Shown: piece after piece, positions 50,903 to 59,803 of the stretch
Layout of the letters: each line of letters begins with the position of its first letter
Position numbering within the stretch: position 1 is the stretch's first letter
Source: Patescibacteria group bacterium
GTDB taxonomy: Bacteria; Patescibacteriota; Saccharimonadia; UBA4664
Assembly (NCBI GenBank): GCA_028288925.1
Contig: JAQGHG010000012.1
Span: forward strand, 13,762 to 77,761
Reading direction: 5' to 3'
DNA length: 64,000 nt
Program-made: the position numbers and the translations under genes
Notes under the pieces: model-generated
Told to the model about the DNA's origin: nothing
Database searches by the model: none
What the model saw: the letters and a program-made list of their open reading frames with translations, nothing else

Positions 50903-51293
50903 TAACAAACTCATCCTCATCGCCGAAGACGATCCGTTCATCTCGCGCATGTACCAGATCAAGCTCGAAAGCGGCGGCTACCGCGTGATCGTCAAGAATA
51001 ATGGCCGCGATGCCTTCGAAGCCATCAAGGGCGAGCACCCGGATCTGGCCGTCCTCGACATCAACATGCCTGAGCTTTCGGGCCTAGAAGTGCTGGCCGC
51101 GCTCCAAACTGACGGGTTCGACTTCGATTCCATGCCCGTCATCGTACTCACCAACTCCTCCGAGCTGTCCGATCGCAACAAGGCCCATTCCTTCGGCGCC
51201 GAATACCTGGTGAAGGCCGAGCTCACCCCGCGCGAGGTCCTCAACCTCATCGGCGCCAAGCTTAACCCCGCTCCCGAAGCCGAAAATGCCTAA
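50883..51293 (+). CDS. Single-domain response regulator (REC only)
   Basis: LIAEDD, VLDINMP, LTNS, EYLVKA; overlaps the kinase stop. Confidence 0.92.
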   Translation: MADPKPDNKLILIAEDDPFISRMYQIKLESGGYRVIVKNNGRDAFEAIKGEHPDLAVLDINMPELSGLEVLAALQTDGFDFDSMPVIVLTNSSELSDRNKAHSFGAEYLVKAELTPREVLNLIGAKLNPAPEAENA

Positions 51294-51474
51294 ATTTATC
51301 GAACCAATCCTGGTGGCGGCGCTGGTATTTACCGGTACCTTCTTGGGACTGCGCGCGATCGAGTGGCTCTACCATCGCCTGCGCCACACGCCGGATTGGT
51401 CGCCACACTGGGGATCGTGGCTGTTCGCGCTGCTGCTGGCGGTGTACGCGCTCGTCAACAACCTCGGCCGTTAA
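51286..51474 (+). CDS. Small 2-TM hypothetical protein
   Basis: 62-aa hydrophobic ORF overlapping the receiver stop. Confidence 0.55.
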   Translation: MPKFIEPILVAALVFTGTFLGLRAIEWLYHRLRHTPDWSPHWGSWLFALLLAVYALVNNLGR

Positions 51475-51486
51475 TAATTGACTTAT

Positions 51487-51532
51487 ACCGAAGACTCCAT
51501 CCCGGCGGGACATGGAGCTGCCAGGACCCGTG
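51487..51532 (+). repeat. Structured repeat, right-end remnant (copy F)
   Basis: ACCGAAGA core fragment and GCTGCCAGGACCCGTG right end between convergent genes. Confidence 0.55.
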
Positions 51533-51560
51533 CGATTCGAAAACGGCCAAGATCCGTTCC

Positions 51561-52649
51561 CTACGGCAATATTAGCGCGTCCCGCACCCGCCGCAGCGTA
51601 AACTCCGAGCCCGGATTCTGGTACGATCCCGGCTGCACCGTCACCGCCGTTTGGTAGCCGGCGTCCCGCGCGATCTGAATGCTCGTGGCATTGTAGGCGC
51701 CGTAGGGATAGGCGAAATGGCGTATGGTGTGGCCCAGCTTGTCTTCTAGCGCCCGCTTGCCGTCGGCGATCTCAAACCGTTGCTCATCGGCCGGTAAGGT
51801 CGCCAAGTTGCGGTGGTTCACCGTGTGGCCGCCGATCTCGATCAGCCCGCTGTGGTCCAGCTCTCGCACCTGGCTCCAGTTCATATAGGCGTCACCGCAG
51901 CCACCCGGCGGCTGCAGTGGGTCGTTGTACCGCCGCCCCGATCCGATACACCATTGGCTGGCCGCGCCGCTGGTGATGATATAAAACGTCGCCTTCATAT
52001 TATGCCGCCGCAATATCTCAAAGGCCTGCATTTGATTCGCAAAGCCGTCATCATAAGTAATCACCACCGGCTTGGCGGGGAGTGAGCCACCGTTGAGGCC
52101 GGACAGCGCCTCATCCATGGTGATGGTGGTATAGCCCCGCGTCTGCAGATGCGACAATTGCTGTTCGAAATTGGCCGGTGTGTAGTGATAGAGCAAAATC
52201 GGAATGGTAAGCCCGCCCGACAGATTACGCGCGGAATTATCAGCTGAGACCGGCTTGGAGGCCGCGACCGTACCGCCCTTTAGCTCGAAGTTCCAATTGG
52301 CCAGCGACACCCGTAAGTTTTTGATGTCAGCCTTGGCGCGATGAAACTGGCCACTGGCGGCGTCCAATTGCACCCGCGAAAGCTGGCTTTCCATCTCGTG
52401 CTCGCTCACGATCTGAGCCCCGGCGCGTCTCTGCGCGCGCTTAAACTCACCCACCGACTGTACCAGCGAAGCATACTGCGACCGGAGCTCGGGAGGATAA
52501 TTTACGTTATGAGAAAAACCGGCCGACGCCTGAGGAAGAGCCGCCACCACGGCCAACCCGCTAGCCACGAAAACCGCCAAAACCCCCGCGAACACCGAAA
52601 AACGCAAAGCCTTAGTATTACCAAAGCCCTTATCTATCCATTTCTTCAT
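51561..52649 (-). CDS. Polysaccharide deacetylase (CE4/NodB), paralogue of 3672-4865
   Basis: PILLYH, ITYDDG, GGHTVNH, FAYPYG. Confidence 0.9.
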   Translation of the reverse strand: MKKWIDKGFGNTKALRFSVFAGVLAVFVASGLAVVAALPQASAGFSHNVNYPPELRSQYASLVQSVGEFKRAQRRAGAQIVSEHEMESQLSRVQLDAASGQFHRAKADIKNLRVSLANWNFELKGGTVAASKPVSADNSARNLSGGLTIPILLYHYTPANFEQQLSHLQTRGYTTITMDEALSGLNGGSLPAKPVVITYDDGFANQMQAFEILRRHNMKATFYIITSGAASQWCIGSGRRYNDPLQPPGGCGDAYMNWSQVRELDHSGLIEIGGHTVNHRNLATLPADEQRFEIADGKRALEDKLGHTIRHFAYPYGAYNATSIQIARDAGYQTAVTVQPGSYQNPGSEFTLRRVRDALILP

Positions 52650-52725
52650 TACGCTCCATTATAACTTAAATTGACCTGAATGGGTCGTCATGCGCTATAA
52701 TACTTATGCTTAAATGTGAGCTTAT

Positions 52726-53412
52726 ATGCCTCAACCTGCCCTCATCGAACTCAAGTCCGTCAGCAAAGACTACACGATCGGCGACGAGACCCTGCACGCG
52801 CTCGCCAACGTTAGCCTAAGTATTAAACCGGGCGAATTTATCGCCATCACCGGGCCGTCCGGCTCGGGCAAATCTACCCTCGCCAACATCATCGGCGGCC
52901 TCGACAAGCCCGATTCGGGCTCCGTGGAAGTCGAGGGCGCCGACCTGGCCAAAGCCGGCGACCGTCAGCTATCCGTCTACCGCAACAAACATATCGGCTT
53001 CGTCTTCCAGGCCTTCAACCTCCAGCCCACCTACACGGCGCTGGAAAACGTGATGCTGCCGCTCGTACTCGCGGGCGCCGGCGGCAAGGAGCGCAAAGCC
53101 CGCGCCCAGGAATGCCTCAACGATGTCGGCCTGGCCGACCGCATGAGCCACCGGCCCACCCAGCTCTCCGGCGGCCAGCGGCAGCGCGTCAGCATCGCCC
53201 GGGCGCTCGCCAACAAGCCTAGCATTATCATCGCCGACGAGCCCACCGGCAACCTCGACAGCGCCAAAGGCCGCGAAATCATGACGCTGCTGGCCGGCCT
53301 CAACAAGCAGGGGATTACGCTCATTATCATTACGCACGATATGGAAGTAGCCAAACAGGCGAGCCGCGTACTCTCCATCCACGACGGCGCGGTAAAGGAG
53401 GGCCGGTCATGA
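52726..53412 (+). CDS. ABC transporter ATP-binding protein (LolD/MacB type)
   Basis: [26 protein letters not shown]. Confidence 0.95.
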   Translation: MPQPALIELKSVSKDYTIGDETLHALANVSLSIKPGEFIAITGPSGSGKSTLANIIGGLDKPDSGSVEVEGADLAKAGDRQLSVYRNKHIGFVFQAFNLQPTYTALENVMLPLVLAGAGGKERKARAQECLNDVGLADRMSHRPTQLSGGQRQRVSIARALANKPSIIIADEPTGNLDSAKGREIMTLLAGLNKQGITLIIITHDMEVAKQASRVLSIHDGAVKEGRS

Positions 53413-54851
53413 AATTCACCGACATCATCATCCAGGCGCTCAAGAATCTCAAGCGCCAAAAGCTCCGCTCCGCCCTCACCATCTTTGCCGTTATGATCGG
53501 CGCCACCAGTGTTACCATCATGCTGGCGCTCGTGACCGGCGCCCAAAGCTTCTTCGTCAGCCAATTCTCGGCCAACGGCACGCTCCAGCAAATCGCCATC
53601 TCGTCCCAGACCGACCTCGCCAAGTTTGACCAAGGCAATAACGGCGGCGGGAGTTGCGACTCCTGCGTCAAGCTCACCGACGCGCTCGTTACCAAGATCA
53701 AAGCCGTGCCGCACGTCATCGGTGTGGCCCGCCGCGTCTCCGGTGGCTCGCTGGAGTCCGTCACCTACAACGGCACCAAGCTCCGCCTTCAGCAGGTCGA
53801 AGGCTACGACGCCAACGGCATCCTTACGAACACCATGCTAGCCGGCCGCGACATCGCCGAGGCCGACAAAGACGGCGTCATCACCATCACCTCGGATTAC
53901 GCCGACAAGTGGGGTTTCAAGGGCCACTACTCCGACCTCCTCAATAAGCCCGTCCAAATGCTCACCCGCAACGGCTACTCCGGCGTCGGCGCCACCATCG
54001 CGCTGCCCCCGCAGCAGGGTCCCGACGGCGGTGGCGGTGGTAATGACCCGCAGCAACAGCCGCCCACCACGCTCACCGCCACCATCGTGGGTATCGTCGA
54101 CGGCGGTGACCGCGGCGAAACCGTCCGCGCGCCCCTGGCCTGGGTCAACGGCATGAACACCCAGCGCATGTACCAAATGACCGACGCCGACCGCAAAGCC
54201 CAAGACGCCGCCAACCGCGCCTGCCAAAACAACCATACTCCTTGCCAGCCGGGCCAGCCCAAAATGACGCTCGTATCCCAAGATTTCCTGACCCAAAACG
54301 GCTACAACGGCTTCACCGCCAAGGTCGACGACGTCAAAAACGCCGCCACCACCACGGCCGCCATCAAGAAGCTCGGCGTCGGCGCGGCCGATGCCCAGAG
54401 CCTCATCAAGCAGCAGCTCCAGATCTTTAACATCATCAGCCTCGTGCTGGGCGGCATCGGCGGCATCGCGCTGCTGGTGGCGGCCATCGGTGTCGTCAAC
54501 ACCATGGTGATGGCCATCCTGGAGCGCACGCGCGAGATCGGTGTGCTGCGGGCCTGCGGCGCCACCCGCGCCACCATTCGCAGCCTCTTTACTATCGAAG
54601 CCTCAGCGCTCGGCTTCCTGGGCGGCGCTGCCGGTGTAGCGGCGGGCTATGGCCTCACGCTGGTGGCCAACCGCATCATCAATGCCCAGCTCGGTGGCTC
54701 GGGCCTGGCCGCGCACAATATCATCACGCTACCGCTCTGGCTCATCGCGTCAGTCATCGGCATCGCCACGCTCATCGGCATGCTGGCCGGCCTCTACCCG
54801 GCCTTCCGCGCCTCGCGCCTCAATCCCATCGACGCCCTGCGCTACGAGTAG
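53409..54851 (+). CDS. ABC permease (MacB/FtsX type)
   Basis: [39 protein letters not shown]. Confidence 0.93.
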   Translation: MKFTDIIIQALKNLKRQKLRSALTIFAVMIGATSVTIMLALVTGAQSFFVSQFSANGTLQQIAISSQTDLAKFDQGNNGGGSCDSCVKLTDALVTKIKAVPHVIGVARRVSGGSLESVTYNGTKLRLQQVEGYDANGILTNTMLAGRDIAEADKDGVITITSDYADKWGFKGHYSDLLNKPVQMLTRNGYSGVGATIALPPQQGPDGGGGGNDPQQQPPTTLTATIVGIVDGGDRGETVRAPLAWVNGMNTQRMYQMTDADRKAQDAANRACQNNHTPCQPGQPKMTLVSQDFLTQNGYNGFTAKVDDVKNAATTTAAIKKLGVGAADAQSLIKQQLQIFNIISLVLGGIGGIALLVAAIGVVNTMVMAILERTREIGVLRACGATRATIRSLFTIEASALGFLGGAAGVAAGYGLTLVANRIINAQLGGSGLAAHNIITLPLWLIASVIGIATLIGMLAGLYPAFRASRLNPIDALRYE

Positions 54852-54871
54852 CTTCATAGTATAATCCGGGG

Positions 54872-55717
54872 ATGAAGATCCTCCTCACCGGCCCGGCTCG
54901 CGTCGGCAAAACTACCCTCTTCCGAGAACTCACTCTGGCGGCTCCCCAGGCCTTCTGGGTCGTAACCGAGCGCACTCACGACGCGCAGGGGATCCGCACC
55001 GGCTTTAAGGCCGTCAACTCACTGGGTGGCGAGGAAATTATCGACCGGCGCGAAGACCTCAAACCCGATGTGCCCATGGGCAATCACCACGTCGACGTCG
55101 CGGCTATCGACCGGCTCTTCTCGACACCCATCCAGAAGGCGCTCAAAAACCACGCGCCCCTGCTGCTCATCGACGAAATCGGCCGCATCGAGCGCTATTC
55201 GCCGCGCTTTATCGAAGCAATCGACCAAGTCTTTACCAGCCCTGTCCACATTATTGCCGTCATTCATCTCAGCGATGATTGGGCGGAACTCTACAAATCC
55301 CATCCCGACGCCCTTACGCTCACACTCTCGGCCGGAAACCGCGACCAAATCCATGACGCCCTCACTTCCATCGTGGCCGCGCTGCCGCTCTTTGATCAGC
55401 TATCTGCCAAGGACCAGGCCGGCGTTCAACACTTCGCCCAATCATATGCCCAAAATAGCCAATTTATTCTACTCAAAAAGCTTTTCAAAAACGCCGTTAC
55501 GTATCTGGCCGATGGCCGGCTCCATCAGGTCGACGACCGGCATTACGCCCTCCAGGGGCTTACCAATAGCCACCACATCGAGCTGTTGCCGGATCATACA
55601 TGGGCCTGCGATTGCGACCTTTTCCATGGCCGGGGCAAGTTTGCCGGGCAGGCGGGGGAGTGCTCTCATATTCAAACGATTAAGGTTTCTGCCGGCCTGT
55701 TCGAGTTCGGCGACTAG
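54872..55717 (+). CDS. NTPase_1 (THEP1-like) nucleoside triphosphatase with C-terminal SWIM-like Zn finger
   Basis: LLTGPARVGKTT, RTGF, IDEIGRIE; CDC...CSH near the C-terminus. Confidence 0.8.
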   Translation: MKILLTGPARVGKTTLFRELTLAAPQAFWVVTERTHDAQGIRTGFKAVNSLGGEEIIDRREDLKPDVPMGNHHVDVAAIDRLFSTPIQKALKNHAPLLLIDEIGRIERYSPRFIEAIDQVFTSPVHIIAVIHLSDDWAELYKSHPDALTLTLSAGNRDQIHDALTSIVAALPLFDQLSAKDQAGVQHFAQSYAQNSQFILLKKLFKNAVTYLADGRLHQVDDRHYALQGLTNSHHIELLPDHTWACDCDLFHGRGKFAGQAGECSHIQTIKVSAGLFEFGD

Positions 55718-55721
55718 AGCC

Positions 55722-55774
55722 TACGGGTGGCAACACCGAAGAGACGGATAGCGTTCACCACTCGCTATCCGTCT
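55722..55774 (+). repeat. Structured repeat copy D (deletion derivative with a new hairpin)
   Basis: TACGGGTGGCA joined to core ACACCGAAGAGACGGATAGCGTTC, then inverted CGCTATCCGTCT. Confidence 0.75.
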
Positions 55775-55826
55775 ACCATCTGTGTCAAGATAACAAAGAC
55801 AACCTAAGTGGATAGGAGAGCGGCAC

Positions 55827-56540
55827 ATGCCAGCGGAATCCCCCGTCATTAGCGGGCGCGACATCATTAAGACCTACGGCAAAGGCGACGGCCAGTTTAC
55901 GGCTCTGCGCGGCGTGTCGCTCGACGTTAAAGCCGGCGAGAGCATCGCCATCATCGGCAAGAGCGGCTCGGGCAAGTCCACCCTCATGCACTTGCTGGCC
56001 TTGCTCGACAAGCCCTCGACCGGTACCGTCAGTATCGACGGCCAAGACGCCGGCCGGCTGCCGGGCCGCACCCTCAATACCCTGCGCAACAAGAAATTCG
56101 GCTTCGTCTTCCAGCAATTCTTCCTCAACGGCGGTGCTAGCGTGCTCGAGAATGTCATTTTGCCGCTCAAGATCGCCGGCGTTCATGGCCGCGAACGCCG
56201 CCGCCGTGGGCTCGAAGCTCTGCGCCAAGTCGAGCTCGAAGACAAAGCCAAGAACAAGGCCAAGGACCTCAGCGGCGGCCAAAAACAGCGCGCCGTCATC
56301 GCCCGGGCGCTCATCAATGAGCCCCAGATCATCTTCGCCGACGAGCCCACCGGCAACCTCGACAGCGCCACCGGCGCCCACATCGAGAATCTCCTCTTCA
56401 ACCTCAACAAACGCCACGGCATCACCCTTATCATCGTCACCCACGATGAAGATCTGGCCCGGCGCTGTGACCGTCAGCTCCATATCAAAGACGGCGTCAT
56501 CGACGTAGCGCCCCGTCCCCGCAGGGGAGTCCGGCTATGA
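55827..56540 (+). CDS. ABC transporter ATP-binding protein (LolD/MacB type)
   Basis: [26 protein letters not shown]. Confidence 0.95.
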   Translation: MPAESPVISGRDIIKTYGKGDGQFTALRGVSLDVKAGESIAIIGKSGSGKSTLMHLLALLDKPSTGTVSIDGQDAGRLPGRTLNTLRNKKFGFVFQQFFLNGGASVLENVILPLKIAGVHGRERRRRGLEALRQVELEDKAKNKAKDLSGGQKQRAVIARALINEPQIIFADEPTGNLDSATGAHIENLLFNLNKRHGITLIIVTHDEDLARRCDRQLHIKDGVIDVAPRPRRGVRL

Positions 56541-57823
56541 GGCTCATCGACATCTTCACCACCGCCAGCGGCAATATGTTCCGCAGCAAGCTTCGCACCA
56601 CGCTCACCATCGTAGCGATCTTCATCGGCTCGTTTACCCTCACCCTCACCAGCGGGCTGGGTACCGGTATCTCGAGCTATATCGATAAGCAAGTCGGCAA
56701 CCTCGGCGGCAAAGACGTGCTCATAGTTCAACCTATCGGCCAAGGTCCGGGCAGCGATAGCGGCCCCAAGGCCTACGACCCCGCCAAGAAAACCTCCGCC
56801 ACCGCCTTCGGCACCACTACCACCGCCCTCACCGACTCCGACATCACCAAGATCAAGAGCGTGTCCGGTATCAGGAGCGTCGAGCCCAACTTCGTAGTCG
56901 TCACGGATTACATCGTGGGCCCTAACGGTAAAAAATACCAAGTATCGGCCAATCCCTATGTCTCGGGCACCAAGGTGGAGCTCGCGACGGGGGATCAAGT
57001 CTCGAACGACGTCTCCGAGCGCCAAGCCCTCCTCCCGGTAGATTACGTGCCGGCTCTAGGCTTCGCCAATAATGAAGCCGTGGTAGGCAAGAGTGTCACC
57101 CTCGGCGTCACCGACGGCAATGGTAAGCAGCACCAGATCACGGCCGCGCTCAAAGGCGTGCAGCAAAAAGGTCTGACTAATTCCGGCGGTATGAACACCA
57201 ATGAAGCCCTCACTCAGGAAATCTACCGCACCCAAAGCCTCGGCCTGCCCAAAGCTGTCACCAACAACTATCAAGCGCTCCTCGCCAAATTCGATGCCAA
57301 CGCCTCTCCGGGCCAGATCACGCATCTCAAAGATGAGCTCAAAAAGAAAGGCTACGCCGCCAAAACCATCGAAGACCAGATCGGCACCTTCAAGGCGGTC
57401 ATTAGCGGCATCATCGCGGTGCTCAACGCCTTCGCCGTCATCGCACTCTTGGCGGCCAGCTTCGGTATCATCAACACCCTGCTGATGTCGGTGCAAGAGC
57501 GCACCAAAGAAATCGGCCTGATGAAGGCCATGGGCATGGGCGGCGGCCGCATCTTCCTGCTCTTCAGCACCGAGGCAGTCCTGCTTGGCTTCTGGGGCAG
57601 CCTCATCGGCGTTGGCGTGGCCGAAGTGGTCGGACGCGTCGCCAACCACATCGTCACTACCACCTTCCTCAAGGACCTGCCCGGTCTGCAGCTTCTGACC
57701 TTCCCGCCCATCTCGATTCTGGCGATCATGGGCCTCGTCATGGGCATCGCTCTCCTGGCCGGCACGCTACCCGCCACCCGCGCCGCCCGCCAGAGTCCCA
57801 TCGATTCGCTGCGCTACGAATAA
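56537..57823 (+). CDS. ABC permease (MacB/FtsX type)
   Basis: KLRTTLT, SVQERTKEIGLMKAMG, PIDSLRYE. Confidence 0.93.
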   Translation: MRLIDIFTTASGNMFRSKLRTTLTIVAIFIGSFTLTLTSGLGTGISSYIDKQVGNLGGKDVLIVQPIGQGPGSDSGPKAYDPAKKTSATAFGTTTTALTDSDITKIKSVSGIRSVEPNFVVVTDYIVGPNGKKYQVSANPYVSGTKVELATGDQVSNDVSERQALLPVDYVPALGFANNEAVVGKSVTLGVTDGNGKQHQITAALKGVQQKGLTNSGGMNTNEALTQEIYRTQSLGLPKAVTNNYQALLAKFDANASPGQITHLKDELKKKGYAAKTIEDQIGTFKAVISGIIAVLNAFAVIALLAASFGIINTLLMSVQERTKEIGLMKAMGMGGGRIFLLFSTEAVLLGFWGSLIGVGVAEVVGRVANHIVTTTFLKDLPGLQLLTFPPISILAIMGLVMGIALLAGTLPATRAARQSPIDSLRYE

Positions 57824-57864
57824 GGTATGAGAGGTTTACGCTCTAGCTTTGTGTGACCCGTAGG

Positions 57865-57990
57865 TACGGGTGGCAGGAGTGAAATATATCTCCGAACAAG
57901 CGGACGCTGGTGCAGATACCGGCTACACCGAAGAGACGGGTAGCGTTCGGACGCGTGAGGAGATATGTTGCACGCCTGACAGGACCCGTG
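57865..57990 (+). repeat. Structured intergenic repeat, full-length copy E (126 nt)
   Basis: TACGGGTGGCAG...CTGACAGGACCCGTG; stems covary with copy A. Confidence 0.85.
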
Positions 57991-57993
57991 CAA

Positions 57994-59100
57994 TTAAGCC
58001 AGCTTGCCCCAAAACGCAGACCCCTGGCTCGCCTCGTGCGGGAACTTTCGTTCAATCCGTCCCCGCAGATCCTCCCGCGTAAACGTCCGCAGCGGCTCCT
58101 TCTCCACTAGGTACGCTTCGAGCTTCAAATATACCTGGGCCAGCGCTTCCTGGTTTTGCGCGGATAGCGACCCGCCCGGCGTCATCCCGGCGCTCACTTG
58201 GCGCACGGTGTCCATGATCGGGTTAATCGCTCCGCGGTTCGTCGCCAGGCTGGCCGCGTAGATCACCACGTCCAAAGGCGACGAGCTTTTAGCCGCTCTC
58301 ACTGGAGCCGTCACCTTCCAAAATTCATAACCCGCCTTCACTAGCAGCAGCCCCACGACAGCCAGCGGCACCGTCTCCAGGCTGTTGCGGCCGTACCAGT
58401 TGTCGTACCCGGTAGCCTGCAACACCGCGAAATGCAGGTGTGTCAGGGTGTAGCTGAAGAACGCTACAAACAGCCATGTCATCGCGCTTTGGTACGTTCC
58501 GCCCATGGTTTGCCGGATGCGCCAGGCGTTCCAGCCCGCCAGCCCGTCCAGCACCAGCTCCCAAATAACAATCGCCGTAAACGTGTGGTGCGCCACCGCC
58601 GTCGGCATGATCGAAGACAAATGCACCGGCAAAAAGAACGATACGGCTATCAAGGCAAAGATGGCCGGCAATACGAACCGGAACTTCGTCAGCGCGTCCT
58701 TAATCCCCACCGCCTGAGCAAAGGTCCGCAGCGCCCAGTACGCCAGAAAACTCGATAGCACGTAGGGGAGCGCGACCAGCCCGGTCGTAGTCCACCATTC
58801 CAGCCCGGTAATGGTCGTGACGGGCACTTGGATCTGAGCGATCGCGAACATAATGATGGCCGCGCACAGTATCAAATACGCCTTTCGCAGGCCGCCCTTA
58901 AAGCCCTTCAGTCCCGCCCAAAACAACACGACGGCCTCGATACTCAGCACCAAATAGAGCGACGCCACCATCAGTGTAAGTCTCTGCCCAAACACCGTGC
59001 CGCTAATACCACCCGGCGTTATGGGCTCAAAGTAAGCTAGACCGGCCAACACCACTCCTAGCGCTACGCCCAAAAGCGCAACAACTTTGATCTTGTTCAT
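57994..59100 (-). CDS. Multi-pass membrane protein with a soluble C-terminal helical domain
   Basis: About 8 TM helices, then about 100 aa (LDVVIYAASL...VYLKLEAYLVEKEPLR). Confidence 0.72.
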   Translation of the reverse strand: MNKIKVVALLGVALGVVLAGLAYFEPITPGGISGTVFGQRLTLMVASLYLVLSIEAVVLFWAGLKGFKGGLRKAYLILCAAIIMFAIAQIQVPVTTITGLEWWTTTGLVALPYVLSSFLAYWALRTFAQAVGIKDALTKFRFVLPAIFALIAVSFFLPVHLSSIMPTAVAHHTFTAIVIWELVLDGLAGWNAWRIRQTMGGTYQSAMTWLFVAFFSYTLTHLHFAVLQATGYDNWYGRNSLETVPLAVVGLLLVKAGYEFWKVTAPVRAAKSSSPLDVVIYAASLATNRGAINPIMDTVRQVSAGMTPGGSLSAQNQEALAQVYLKLEAYLVEKEPLRTFTREDLRGRIERKFPHEASQGSAFWGKLA

Positions 59101-59131
59101 GCTCTCACCTTACCACGACGGGCGTCGTACC

Positions 59132-59653
59132 TTAATCTTCTTTAAATGCCCATAGCTTATACAGCGTAAAGTTCCAAATCGCGCTACCAATCACGCCCAT
59201 GCCAAACGCCACCGTCTTAATCACGAAGGCCTCGGTCAAAATGCTTGGCAATAGTCCTGTCAGGCCCAGCGCCGAAGCTGCGCCAAACCAAAGAGTGCCA
59301 AAACCCCGGCCGGCCGCCGTCCCCGAAAACAAAAACACCATCGTCGGCTGGATAGCGTATACCGACACGAGCGTAGCCAGCACAAACCGCACGCTCGACC
59401 GGCCGACATGCGCCCGGCTGACAAACACCCAGCGGCGATTCCAATAAAAGCTATTAATCATGGCCGCCGTTCCCGAGAAGAACTTGACCACAAATACCCG
59501 GTCCAATGGCACATTCAACAGCTTGGTCAGGGTGATATACAGCGTAAAATCGATCAGTGTATTGGAGATCCCCACCAACCCGAACTTCGCACCCTGCTTG
59601 ATAATACTGGGCTTAGACGCGGCTACTGGCTTCTTTTTCTTTACAGCGGGCAT
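59132..59653 (-). CDS. GtrA family protein
   Basis: KFGLVGISNTLIDF, NSFYWNRRWVF, WNFTLYKLWAF. Confidence 0.9.
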   Translation of the reverse strand: MPAVKKKKPVAASKPSIIKQGAKFGLVGISNTLIDFTLYITLTKLLNVPLDRVFVVKFFSGTAAMINSFYWNRRWVFVSRAHVGRSSVRFVLATLVSVYAIQPTMVFLFSGTAAGRGFGTLWFGAASALGLTGLLPSILTEAFVIKTVAFGMGVIGSAIWNFTLYKLWAFKED

Positions 59654-59803
59654 AATGTAAGCATAACTACTTTATATTCTTAATTTACACCCAATGACCC
59701 TGTATATCAAAAGCATGGACCAACGCGCCAAAATTGAGGGAGCAGCGCATCTTCGCGCCGACAAGAAGAAACCTTAGCCCTAGGTATTTGCTACAATACA
59801 TCC

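Noticed and set aside
17599-57990. Repeat family as a CRISPR array
   Set aside because: Copies are dispersed over 40 kb with no regular spacers and no cas genes
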